From contig PRDJ01000026.1 in NCBI GenBank assembly GCA_003345555.1, forward strand, positions 1 through 32,000: a stretch of DNA of 32,000 nt, in the 5' to 3' direction. Positions 16,614 through 25,383 of this stretch are shown one piece after another. The translations under genes and the position numbers were made by a program. How positions within the stretch are numbered: position 1 is the stretch's first letter; each line of letters begins with the position of its first letter. The notes beneath the pieces are model-generated. The model made no database searches. It was not told the DNA's origin and saw nothing but the letters and a program-made list of their open reading frames with translations. The DNA comes from Candidatus Thorarchaeota archaeon (lineage in GTDB: Archaea; Asgardarchaeota; Thorarchaeia; Thorarchaeales; Thorarchaeaceae).

Positions 16614-17489
16614 ATGAAGGTATCCGAATGCATGCGGTCAGATGTTCCATATTTGACAGTGCCAGGTACCCGAGAAGATCTCCTGCAATTGATGGCAGAA
16701 ACACAAGCTAGCGGCTTTCCTATCTGCAAGAAGGGTACCAAGACAGTCGTGGGAGTGATCACAAGGAACGACCTTCTTCGAAAGCCAGATGAGAACCAAT
16801 TGGGCATGTTAATGGTGAGAGACCCCGTTATAGTCAGTCCAGATGCAGACATCAAGAAAGCAGTGGACCTCATGCTCGAGAAGGGCTTTAGAAGAATCCC
16901 AGTGGTGAAGAGTGGCGAGTTGGTCGGCGTCATATCCATCCCAGATATCCTTGGGTGTATCCTAGAAGAAGAGGAGGAATATCAGACCGCAACCATAGCT
17001 GACTATGTCAATAGGACTGTTGTGTCTGTATGGGAGCAAACGCCACTAATCCTGTCTTACATGATTATGGAAATGGCAGGCAAGAATGCGATCATAATCG
17101 TGGACGATACAGGCAGATTGGCAGGAATGATTTCAGTCAGTGATTATATTCGACTGTCGGAAGTGAGTGTTGAGGATAACGTGTCCAAGACCTACAGCGG
17201 CACCGAGCACTCGGTCGAATGGGGTTGGACTTCCAAAGACTACTTGATGGTTACCAAGAAGCTCCTGAGACTCCCGGATATTCCTGTTAGAGAAGCGATG
17301 ACCAAGAACATAATCAGCGTTAGCGAAGTCTCAACGATTTCAGATTGCGTGAAAATCCTCAGGAAGAATGAAATCGATGAAGCACCTGTGGTTTCAGCCG
17401 CGGGTCTGCTTACGGGAATCATCGAGGACAGAGAGCTGCTGAAACTCGCAGCAAAGCGAATTGCTCCCGTGCAGAAAACGGAAAGATAG
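16614..17489 (+). CDS. Four-CBS-domain protein
   Basis: Repeated CBS units (VVGVITRNDLL, LVGVISIPDIL, LAGMISVSDYI, LTGIIEDRELL) with a W-x-W insertion. Confidence 0.92.
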   Translation: MKVSECMRSDVPYLTVPGTREDLLQLMAETQASGFPICKKGTKTVVGVITRNDLLRKPDENQLGMLMVRDPVIVSPDADIKKAVDLMLEKGFRRIPVVKSGELVGVISIPDILGCILEEEEEYQTATIADYVNRTVVSVWEQTPLILSYMIMEMAGKNAIIIVDDTGRLAGMISVSDYIRLSEVSVEDNVSKTYSGTEHSVEWGWTSKDYLMVTKKLLRLPDIPVREAMTKNIISVSEVSTISDCVKILRKNEIDEAPVVSAAGLLTGIIEDRELLKLAAKRIAPVQKTER

Positions 17490-17550
17490 CTGGGCAAAGG
17501 ACCAACTGGATTGAGATGCACAAGTTCGCGCGGGAGAGGATAATCTGGAT

Positions 17551-20500
17551 TCAGAGGAAATCGGTCAGAGACGTTTGGTCGGATAAAAACAACGAGCTCA
17601 TGGCCGAATCAATCAATCTGAGCCCATCTTTCAGATACTGCCCGAGATTATGTTCTTCGATTATCCTTTGAGCGATTGGCAGATACTTCGATATGTTCTT
17701 TCGTCTCACGGTCAGCGACAAACCGAAACCACATTCGCATTTGCCTGAAAGCGGAATTCTGCGGTAGATCCGGTGACACCTAGTGCATTGCATTTTCTGA
17801 GTGGAATATGCTCTGAGATTCCCCTTTATGTCACGGATGAAGTGATGCGATAGAACCCGTTCGGCAACATCGCGTGCATCTACCGCATCTATCAAGCTCG
17901 CTAGGCGCAACTGTGCATCAAGCTTCTCGTCCATCCCCCCGAGCGCCTTATACCTAGTATTGCGTGGTCCAGCGTCAATTGATGATGTGCCATGCGTAAA
18001 GCCAAAGCCTTCATACTGGGCTTCCGTGTTCAGCCTCGATGCAACGATGTCAACCAAGTGCTCTGCTTCCTTGGGGTGACGTGCTTGCGCCACAATCTCA
18101 AAGAACTGTGCAGGATACCGAGTACATACGTCTAGGTTGTGAGCTTCACTATCCACTTCAGAAGGATTGAGGATAACCGACAGGACAAGGGGAGCATCCA
18201 TGAAACCACCCCGGCCTGCGGGAAGATATGACCTCGAGAAGTTGATCAAGGCATCCATGACAAGAAGAAGAGCGTCTTCATCGCCATCACAGTTTCTTCG
18301 CTTTGCGGCGTGCCAGTAGGGATGTGCATAGCAGACACTTGCATTGGTGAAACCGATTATTCTTCCAATTATCCCTGCAGACGTATGTGGTGCCAGCCCG
18401 ACCACGAGCTGCCCTACAACATCGTCTTGCGATTCAAATCCATAGAATCGCTTCAGACCGTATATCTTCTCGAGACAGTCATCAACAAAACAACCGACCC
18501 TGTAAAGATACTCCACACAATTCTCGGATACGACCAAGTCCTGTACTTTCAGCTCTACAACCTGCTCATCGGAATCAAGGGGTTCACTTCGGCAGTCTGT
18601 GAGATACCCCATCTCACGCAAACGTGCAACGGACACACCTATCTCTTTGGGCGTGAAGTGCGTGAGCGGTGCATCGGTTGCGTCAAAGCGGGCAGTTCCA
18701 TCTCGATAACAATACACAGCATGTTTTGCACGCAGAATCCCTTTTCCAAGGTATTCGGGAATCTTGCGTTCATTTGTCAATCCGAGGACACCCCGTAGTC
18801 CATGAGATTGGGGCTCGCCGACTTCGGTCCGGACACGGTCAAGCAGCCCTTGAATATCCACTTTGACCTTCTTCGAAGCACGAATCATGTTCACATCATG
18901 GCTCAAAGGACACATTCCGGTGGTTTCGTCTATGGATCGGCCGCAACCTTCCTGAGAGCACCAACGACGTATTTCGGTATGGGCGAGACAGTTTGGACAT
19001 CGAGACTCAAACGTCTCAGACTGGCAATGAGGACATACGCGTGAAACCAATTCAATCTCAGGACCGGAGACATTTGCGGGTCGGCCATCCAAGCGCGTTT
19101 CATCATCTGACAAGGCCAGAGTCGAAATGTGCTGTGCGGACCCCGCAACCTTCTCAATCCGCCTTTCGCTGGCCAGAGTCCTACCAACAGGAAAAAGTAC
19201 GTGGACGGGTGGATGCATTTTTCGTTCTTCGGCCTTCTCTGGTCGACCCATTCGTGCCCCAATGGAAAAGCCGACCTTGTCTCTGAGTGGAACATCGGCG
19301 ACAGAACTCAGTAGTTCCATAGACTCCTTTCCACTGGGCGATTTGCTTCTTGCCCCCAGCTGTGCTAGGATAGTGAGAGGACTGTCAGTCAGTTCTATGT
19401 GCTTCATGTCACTGCTGAACCTGTGAGGAAGACCAACTCGCTCCAAGAGCGTCTTGTATCGCCTGTCATTTGGAACAAGAATCGATTCTCCTTCAGAATA
19501 GTTTGTTTTGTTCTTCTTGGAGAGAAGCCATTCCCTCAAATCCAGAATCTCGTCTGCAGTGAGAACCGACCATCTATACTGATACTTAGGGTGTAACGGT
19601 ATGTCAAACTGCTTGGAAAGCTGAAGCGCCTGATGCGGAGTGGGAATCTTTGACAGAGGTAAGTCTATGAATGCAGTGAGTTCTTCTGGAGGAATCCCTG
19701 CACCTGATAGGCGTTTCTTCAGCTGTTTGTCTTCGAGTCTCGAACATGCCCGCTCCAAATCATGAGACCACCATTCCTCACAGTATCCGGACGGTACAAG
19801 AGGGTGGTTGTTTTCAAGAAACTCACCCATCGCGACCAGAATATCGCCTAGGAAGATTATCTTCTCGAGTTTGCCCTGAAGACGCTTGGCCTCCTCGGTA
19901 TCTTCGACCTGCTTGACAGTACCGTCCTTGAGCAAGACTATCGGCCCTTCGATTGTATCAACTGGCGCGACGATGGCCCCTTTTCCAGGACGCTCGGTTC
20001 TGATGTGAGTACCAGTGGCAAGAAACTCGTCCACCAAGAACATCGTTGCGGGATGAATGCCAACGCCAGCTAGTCCTGTATTCCTCGATCGTCCGTACCT
20101 TAGTCTGAAACCGCCTACACGAGAGGGATGAGCAAAGACTGGTCGTCCGCCTATTACATCTGCCAAGTACTCATTTTTCGGAGCGAGCTTTTTGGTCATG
20201 GACTCCTCTGCCTCGGATGATCTGGCCTTGGAGGTCTTCTCGGCAAGCTCAGTCAGCCAATCCCATCCCTTTATGCGAAGCCTATTCACAATCTTGGCAA
20301 GTTTCGGCGACCTGCCAACAACCCCGTCACTAAGAACTAGGACAAAACCACTACGGACCCGATTTGTTTCGATTCGTTCAAGGTCGCGGCCGCCAGAGAC
20401 CTCATAGTCCTCCGTGGGTTCGCCAGTGAGCATAATAGGTAATTTTGAGGCTGCAAACCGGATTAAGTCGGGATACACTGGATACTGAAGGTGTGATGCT

Positions 20501-21096
20501 CTTGAATAGAGCTCGACCTCTTCGACAGCACGCTCTACCTCCTCCGAGGTGGCTTTGAGTAAAGGCAGACCAAGCACCTGTCGAACCTGATCGGTAACCA
20601 ATACTGTCATGGCGGCATCCGTGCCACCAGCAGCACGAATTGGACCCGCAAGATACAGTGCAAGGTATCGCTCGTCTCCAGAACCCCTGATGCGCACTCT
20701 TGCAATACCTTCCAGAGGAGCCGCAGTGATGCTCTCGGTCATTATGGCCAAAGCAACTCGGACTGCCTTGTCAGCAGCCTTTTCGGGGTCTGTAATCCCT
20801 CCGAGTTCGCCCGCGGCTATTTCCCGTGCGATTGAGAAGGCGACTTCCTCCCTTGGCAGTTTTAGCTGGAGTTCTCTAATGCGTTGGGCAACCCCTACGG
20901 GCCCGTCTAGAGTAGCTTCTACCCTTGCTGCCACATCGTGTGCGGGAGGTATCTCAACTCTGGTGCTGGGGTCAACGCCCTTTGCCCGTGCCTGTTCTGC
21001 CACTGCATAGATTCTCTTGACTTCTTCACTGAGGGCAGCGAAGTATTGACCATAGCTAATACTGTGTTTGGGTAGGCTTGGTTCTAAATCGCTCAC
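17551..21096 (-). CDS. polC: DNA polymerase D large subunit DP2
   Basis: AGPIRAAGGT, GGFRLRYGRSRNTG, ERPGKG, catalytic RRNCDGDED, Zn fingers and a C-terminal PIP-like QTSLTDFL. Confidence 0.98.
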   Translation of the reverse strand: MSDLEPSLPKHSISYGQYFAALSEEVKRIYAVAEQARAKGVDPSTRVEIPPAHDVAARVEATLDGPVGVAQRIRELQLKLPREEVAFSIAREIAAGELGGITDPEKAADKAVRVALAIMTESITAAPLEGIARVRIRGSGDERYLALYLAGPIRAAGGTDAAMTVLVTDQVRQVLGLPLLKATSEEVERAVEEVELYSRASHLQYPVYPDLIRFAASKLPIMLTGEPTEDYEVSGGRDLERIETNRVRSGFVLVLSDGVVGRSPKLAKIVNRLRIKGWDWLTELAEKTSKARSSEAEESMTKKLAPKNEYLADVIGGRPVFAHPSRVGGFRLRYGRSRNTGLAGVGIHPATMFLVDEFLATGTHIRTERPGKGAIVAPVDTIEGPIVLLKDGTVKQVEDTEEAKRLQGKLEKIIFLGDILVAMGEFLENNHPLVPSGYCEEWWSHDLERACSRLEDKQLKKRLSGAGIPPEELTAFIDLPLSKIPTPHQALQLSKQFDIPLHPKYQYRWSVLTADEILDLREWLLSKKNKTNYSEGESILVPNDRRYKTLLERVGLPHRFSSDMKHIELTDSPLTILAQLGARSKSPSGKESMELLSSVADVPLRDKVGFSIGARMGRPEKAEERKMHPPVHVLFPVGRTLASERRIEKVAGSAQHISTLALSDDETRLDGRPANVSGPEIELVSRVCPHCQSETFESRCPNCLAHTEIRRWCSQEGCGRSIDETTGMCPLSHDVNMIRASKKVKVDIQGLLDRVRTEVGEPQSHGLRGVLGLTNERKIPEYLGKGILRAKHAVYCYRDGTARFDATDAPLTHFTPKEIGVSVARLREMGYLTDCRSEPLDSDEQVVELKVQDLVVSENCVEYLYRVGCFVDDCLEKIYGLKRFYGFESQDDVVGQLVVGLAPHTSAGIIGRIIGFTNASVCYAHPYWHAAKRRNCDGDEDALLLVMDALINFSRSYLPAGRGGFMDAPLVLSVILNPSEVDSEAHNLDVCTRYPAQFFEIVAQARHPKEAEHLVDIVASRLNTEAQYEGFGFTHGTSSIDAGPRNTRYKALGGMDEKLDAQLRLASLIDAVDARDVAERVLSHHFIRDIKGNLRAYSTQKMQCTRCHRIYRRIPLSGKCECGFGLSLTVRRKNISKYLPIAQRIIEEHNLGQYLKDGLRLIDSAMSSLFLSDQTSLTDFL

Positions 21097-21165
21097 GGGC
21101 TATCAATCCTCTCCAGCTGGGTGCGGCCTTTTCTGCTTTCTCTTAGGCGATTTGCTACCCGCTGT

Positions 21166-21187
21166 TGATTCATGGTTCCATGAATCA
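21166..21187. promoter_or_regulatory. Perfect 10-bp inverted repeat, operator candidate between polC and rpa
   Basis: TGATTCATGG-TT-CCATGAATCA. Confidence 0.55.
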
Positions 21188-21197
21188 TTATCAGAGC

Positions 21198-21207
21198 CCT
21201 TTAAAGG
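21198..21207. promoter_or_regulatory. Palindromic TATA element in the divergent polC/rpa spacer
   Basis: CCTTTAAAGG reads TTTAAA on both strands. Confidence 0.55.
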
Positions 21208-21260
21208 ACTGCAACCAGACAATTCCACGCCATACACCAGGAATCGGGACGGTATACATC

Positions 21261-23030
21261 GTGCTCACACTCGAAGAGACCATAGAGCTGATTCTGAAGA
21301 ATTCATCAGAGTACGATCGAAAGGATATACTCAAGCTCATTGAGGACAAGCGTAAGGAACTCGGACCGGAAGTCGTCAACGAAGAGTCGGCTGCAATGAT
21401 TGTGGCCCGCGAACTCGGGATAGACCTGCAGCAGGTCTCTCCTAAAGCGCGTCTCAGGATAGAAGACGTTACAGAGGAGAATAGAAGTGTCACATTGACT
21501 GCCAAGGTTGTAAACGTAGGCACGATACGAACTTTCTCAAGGCCGGGAGGAGGCGAAGGCAAGGTTGCAAGCATCATCGTAGCCGATGAGACTGGCCAAA
21601 TCAGAGTTGCACTGTGGGATGAAATCACCTCTGCAATAACTGAGGGAGCTATCACTGTAGGTTCTGTGATTCAGGTTAGAGGAGCTTATGTTAAGAAGGG
21701 ATTGCGCGGCGCCCTTGAACTGAATCTGGGGAGAATGGGGGGAATCACGGTGCTAGAAGACGATGAGGCGAAAGAGCTGGATATCAAGACTGCTGAGAGC
21801 GGCAGCGTGCATGTAGGCGATCTTCATGACAAAATGTTCGATGTGACTCTAGTATTGAGATTGGACAGACTTCAGAATCTTACCACGTTCACACGCAAGA
21901 CCGATGGTGCAGAAGGCAAAGTGATGAGTGCTGTTGGAGTAGACGAGACCGGCAGTATCAGGGTCGTCTTTTGGGACAATCATGCAGAACAGATGCAGGG
22001 TGCAAAAGAAGGCGAGGTAATCAAGCTGACAGGGTCTTACACGAAGGCAGGACGCAACGGCGAGGTGGAAATCCACGTAGGAAGATCCGCGAAGATAGAA
22101 CGAGGACTGAAGGAGAAGATTACTGCGGCCAAGATAAAGGAATTTCCCGTCGCTGTTCAAATCATCGGAAAGAAGAACATCAGTGACCTCTCAGTAGAGA
22201 TGAGAGACGTAGATATTGAGGGTAAGGTTGTCAAGGTCTTTCAGCCCACGTCTTTTGAGAGGGAAGGAAAAGCTGGAAAGGTACAGAACATGATTGTCGC
22301 TGATGAATCAGGAACTACAAGGGTCACATTCTGGACCGAACAGGTAGACCTGATTAAGGACTTGCAGCAAGGTGACGTAATCAGAATAAGACACGGATAC
22401 ATCAAGGAAGGTCTACGTGGGGCAATGGAGTATCATGTTGGCAGGCGTTCCGAGATAGAGATCAATCCCGAGGATTCTAATGTTGGTCAGCTGGACCTGT
22501 CAGAGTTGGCCCAGAGACCTGCTGTCCAAGCAGGTAGGGTAATGGTTGGTCATATTGGCGATGAAACGGAGGGCAAGACGGTCGAGTTATGCGGCATCAT
22601 TGTCGCTGTTGCTCGTACGAGCCCGGTCTACGCCTCCTGCCCCAACTGCCGAAAGAAAACAGAAGAACGGGATGGAAAATACTTCTGTGCTGTATGTGGC
22701 AAAGTGGACAAACCGGAATACAGGATGCTTTACAAGGTCACTCTTGATGACGGCTCCGGCTCAATACGAGCTACTTTGTTTGGAAAGACAGGCGAGGACC
22801 TTCTTCAAATGACGGCACAGCAGGCGCAGGACTTGATGGTCAAATCAGGGAATAAGAGCTTCCCTATGGAACAGAATTCTAACAAGATGCTCGGAAGATA
22901 CGTCACCATACGTGGCCGGGTGAGTAAATTCAGGGATACTCTGGAGATTTCAGCATCAGAGCTGCTATTTGCGGATCCTATTGAAGAGATAAGACGCACT
23001 CGAGAAGACGTAGTCAAGTTGGCAGGTTGA
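21261..23030 (+). CDS. rpa: Replication protein A (four OB folds, the last with a Zn ribbon)
   Basis: Three repeats of DE(T/S)G..RV..W, then CPNC..CAVC and LDDGSG.IRATLFG. GTG 21261 preferred over the track's TTG 21165. Confidence 0.92.
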   Translation: MLTLEETIELILKNSSEYDRKDILKLIEDKRKELGPEVVNEESAAMIVARELGIDLQQVSPKARLRIEDVTEENRSVTLTAKVVNVGTIRTFSRPGGGEGKVASIIVADETGQIRVALWDEITSAITEGAITVGSVIQVRGAYVKKGLRGALELNLGRMGGITVLEDDEAKELDIKTAESGSVHVGDLHDKMFDVTLVLRLDRLQNLTTFTRKTDGAEGKVMSAVGVDETGSIRVVFWDNHAEQMQGAKEGEVIKLTGSYTKAGRNGEVEIHVGRSAKIERGLKEKITAAKIKEFPVAVQIIGKKNISDLSVEMRDVDIEGKVVKVFQPTSFEREGKAGKVQNMIVADESGTTRVTFWTEQVDLIKDLQQGDVIRIRHGYIKEGLRGAMEYHVGRRSEIEINPEDSNVGQLDLSELAQRPAVQAGRVMVGHIGDETEGKTVELCGIIVAVARTSPVYASCPNCRKKTEERDGKYFCAVCGKVDKPEYRMLYKVTLDDGSGSIRATLFGKTGEDLLQMTAQQAQDLMVKSGNKSFPMEQNSNKMLGRYVTIRGRVSKFRDTLEISASELLFADPIEEIRRTREDVVKLAG

Positions 23031-23046
23031 TCTCTTCAAGACTTTC

Positions 23047-24294
23047 TCACGAGGTTTGCTCGATAAGCGTTTGGAGCCCTGTCAGAAAGATGCTGATATC
23101 GTTTGAGTTGTTGTAGATGTAGATTGATGCTCGCGCGGTCCCCTTGGACGGCGGAATTCCGATTTGGTAGTGGAAAGGCGCTGCGCAATGCCATCCGCTC
23201 CTAATCATGACGGCATACCTGTCGTTGAGGAAAGTTGCGATATCATGTGCAGACTCAACCGTGTCGATAACAAACGTCAGAAGTCCAGTCCGAAGGTTCA
23301 CATCGTCTGGTCCAAGGAAATGGACATGACTTAGCTGCTTGAGCCCTTCCAACGCCGCTCGAAGGAGATCCCTTTCGTGTTGCTCGATTTCACGCATTCC
23401 GATTGACTGCAGGTATTCGGCCGCTGCCCCGGCGCCTATGGCACCGGCATAGTTCTGCAATCCTGCCTCGAACTTGTGCGGAGGAGGCAGATAGGAAGGT
23501 ATGATGCGGCCATCCTCAAACCTCACGTCACTGACGGTATCGCCGCCGACAAGAAACATGTCCATTGACTCAAGGAGGCTCATCTTGCCATAGAGTACGC
23601 CCATTCCCGTTGGTCCACACATCTTGTGAACTGAAATGGCAGAGAAGTCTACGTCAAGATTCTGAACGTCAAGCGGATGATGTGGAGCGTATTGTGCATC
23701 ATCCGAAACCACCAATGCTCCTCGATCGTGTGCAATTTCGATTATCTCTCTCAGTGGCGCTATTGTGCCTGTCACATTGGAAGAATGAACGACTGATACA
23801 ATCCTTGTACTGCTGTCTATTGCTCTCTTCCAATCCTCGATATCGAAGGTTCCGTCGTTCCGGGCCCTAACTACTTCCAACTTCAGACCAGTTTTCTTTG
23901 CTCTCTCCACAAAGGGCAACGAACCGCTATGATGCTCCAAGCTCGTCGTTACAACCTTAGACCCTCTTTCAATCTTTACAGAGCTGGCGACAATATTGAG
24001 TGACTCCGTGGCGTTGCGGGTCCAAATACACTCACCCGGTTCTGCTGCATTTATGAATCTCGCCAACTTGCCTCTGGCCCTTGAATATGCGTCAGAAGCC
24101 TCTTCGCCGAGTCTATGAATACTCCTGCCGCCGCAGGCAGGAAAACGCTCGTAATACTCGTTCATGGCACTGATGACCTGACGAGGTTTTAGTGCCATGC
24201 ATGCACTATCAAGATACACAATGGGTCGGCCGTTTATTTTCCGTTTGAGAACCGGAAAATCCGATCTTATTCGAGACCAGAATCTGTCGTTCAT
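23047..24294 (-). CDS. sufS: Cysteine desulfurase, SufS/CsdA (group II)
   Basis: IRSDFPVL, YLDSA, EHHS, DDAQ, PLP-lysine SVHKMCGPTG, RSGWHCA. Real start is ATG 24294, not 24417. Confidence 0.92.
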   Translation of the reverse strand: MNDRFWSRIRSDFPVLKRKINGRPIVYLDSACMALKPRQVISAMNEYYERFPACGGRSIHRLGEEASDAYSRARGKLARFINAAEPGECIWTRNATESLNIVASSVKIERGSKVVTTSLEHHSGSLPFVERAKKTGLKLEVVRARNDGTFDIEDWKRAIDSSTRIVSVVHSSNVTGTIAPLREIIEIAHDRGALVVSDDAQYAPHHPLDVQNLDVDFSAISVHKMCGPTGMGVLYGKMSLLESMDMFLVGGDTVSDVRFEDGRIIPSYLPPPHKFEAGLQNYAGAIGAGAAAEYLQSIGMREIEQHERDLLRAALEGLKQLSHVHFLGPDDVNLRTGLLTFVIDTVESAHDIATFLNDRYAVMIRSGWHCAAPFHYQIGIPPSKGTARASIYIYNNSNDISIFLTGLQTLIEQTS

Positions 24295-24296
24295 TC

Positions 24297-24530
24297 TCAG
24301 CCCCTCACTATCTGCCAGTGGTATCCGCCCTTTCCAATTTTCCTCGTGATGATACCCCGCTCTACCAGCTGATTGGCCGCTATGACAAATGTGTCGCCAC
24401 CTGCACAGTCCTTGCATACCTCTGCATATTCAGCCCTCCGTGCTAGTTCCAGAATCTCAGAAGTGGTAAATGAGCCTCCGGCTTCGAGGATCTTCAGTAT
24501 GCACTGAGCATTTCTTGATAACGTGGACAT
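24297..24530 (-). CDS. Small winged-helix protein with CxxC (77 aa)
   Basis: C-terminal part of the 161-aa track ORF: MSTLSRNAQCILKILEAGGSFTTSEIL...CKDC...LVERGIITRKIGKGGYHWQI. Its stop lies 2 nt before the sufS ATG. Confidence 0.75.
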   Translation of the reverse strand: MSTLSRNAQCILKILEAGGSFTTSEILELARRAEYAEVCKDCAGGDTFVIAANQLVERGIITRKIGKGGYHWQIVRG

Positions 24531-24562
24531 CATTAATGGGGTCCGGGATGCGGAATAAGAAG

Positions 24563-24572
24563 TCTTCGAAGA
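24563..24572. promoter_or_regulatory. Palindrome between putative TATA and start of the wHTH-sufS unit
   Basis: TCTTCGAAGA directly adjoins TTATAT (minus strand, 24573-24578). Confidence 0.35.
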
Positions 24573-24691
24573 TATAATTGCCCTGCAACTTAACATAATA
24601 CTTAAATGATATCCATCGAGGCTAGAACCCGTTCTGTTTCTTTCCGTGCCTAGTAGCTCGGTCTGTGTGAAATAGGCGAAGGTGTACTGTG

Positions 24692-24943
24692 ATGGGAAGA
24701 AGAAGAAGGCAGAAAATCCGGAGAAGACCTCAGAAGCGAATTCCAGATGTGTATCAGTGTCCGGATTGTGGCAACGCTGCAATCAAGATAGAGCTGTTCA
24801 GGGACAAGAGTCTCGCGACAGTGAAGTGTGGGTCATGCGGTTTGGAGATGACCATTGACGATGTGAGTTCGCTTACCGAGCCAGTAGACGTTTACGGTAG
24901 CTTCATAGACAAGTTCTATGAAGGAGACAAGACGGAGAAGTAG
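24692..24943 (+). CDS. elf1: Transcription elongation factor Elf1
   Basis: MGRRRR basic N-terminus, YQCPDCG...KCGSCG, and EPVDVYGSFID. Confidence 0.93.
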   Translation: MGRRRRQKIRRRPQKRIPDVYQCPDCGNAAIKIELFRDKSLATVKCGSCGLEMTIDDVSSLTEPVDVYGSFIDKFYEGDKTEK

Positions 24944-25009
24944 CCCGCTCGTCTCACTGCACTCAGCAATGATTATAAGTATGGCTCAAGCAGGAGATGT
25001 TCGACGCCT

Positions 25010-25120
25010 ATGCAGCAGAGCCTCATCCCGATTGTTAACATTGTCTTGAGCATTTTGGGTATTGTGGCCCTTCTCCTTGTGCTAGGTTATATCGCATACG
25101 GTCAAGAGGAAGAGGAATAG
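25010..25120 (+). CDS. 36-aa single-TM microprotein, OST4-like candidate (not in ORF track)
   Basis: MQQSLIPIVNIVLSILGIVALLLVLGYIAYGQEEEE*. It fills the elf1-hypothetical gap and has TTATAA at 24973-24978 and AGGAG at 24992-24996. Confidence 0.7.
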   Translation: MQQSLIPIVNIVLSILGIVALLLVLGYIAYGQEEEE

Positions 25121-25143
25121 CATCCTTTATCGAGTGCTTCCCT

Positions 25144-25383
25144 ATGAACCCCTTAGAGTCGGTGCTTCACCTCGCCTTCGATAATTCCGCGCCGTATGTC
25201 ACCAACTTGGACGCTGTAAGATCACTGATTCAGCAAGCAGTGGCTCAGACCACCTCTGTCGATGATGCAGTCACCTACATCGAGAACAGATTCCCAGACG
25301 CAGAGATCACGCTCAAGACTGATATTCGCATCTTAGTTGCTGCCATTCGCCATGCCGCCCGACAAAGGAAGTTATCTGGATGA
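25144..25383 (+). CDS. Hypothetical helical protein (79 aa)
   Basis: Fills the gap, has protein-like composition and an ATGA overlap with the lhr start. Confidence 0.7.
   Translation: MNPLESVLHLAFDNSAPYVTNLDAVRSLIQQAVAQTTSVDDAVTYIENRFPDAEITLKTDIRILVAAIRHAARQRKLSG

Noticed and set aside
18270-18330. Intein at the usual DP2 insertion site
   Set aside because: HAAKRRNCDGDED is contiguous and the length is normal. TopA and Lhr also show no intein-sized insertions.
18310-19596. Several 60-162 aa plus-strand ORFs
   Set aside because: All lie antisense within polC.
24295-24417. 41-aa N-terminal extension of SufS in the track
   Set aside because: It overlaps the wHTH gene in another frame; SufS homology starts at MNDRFW (24294).
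24534-24782. N-terminal half of the 161-aa minus-strand ORF
   Set aside because: It runs across the divergent promoter and antisense into elf1 and is not protein-like.
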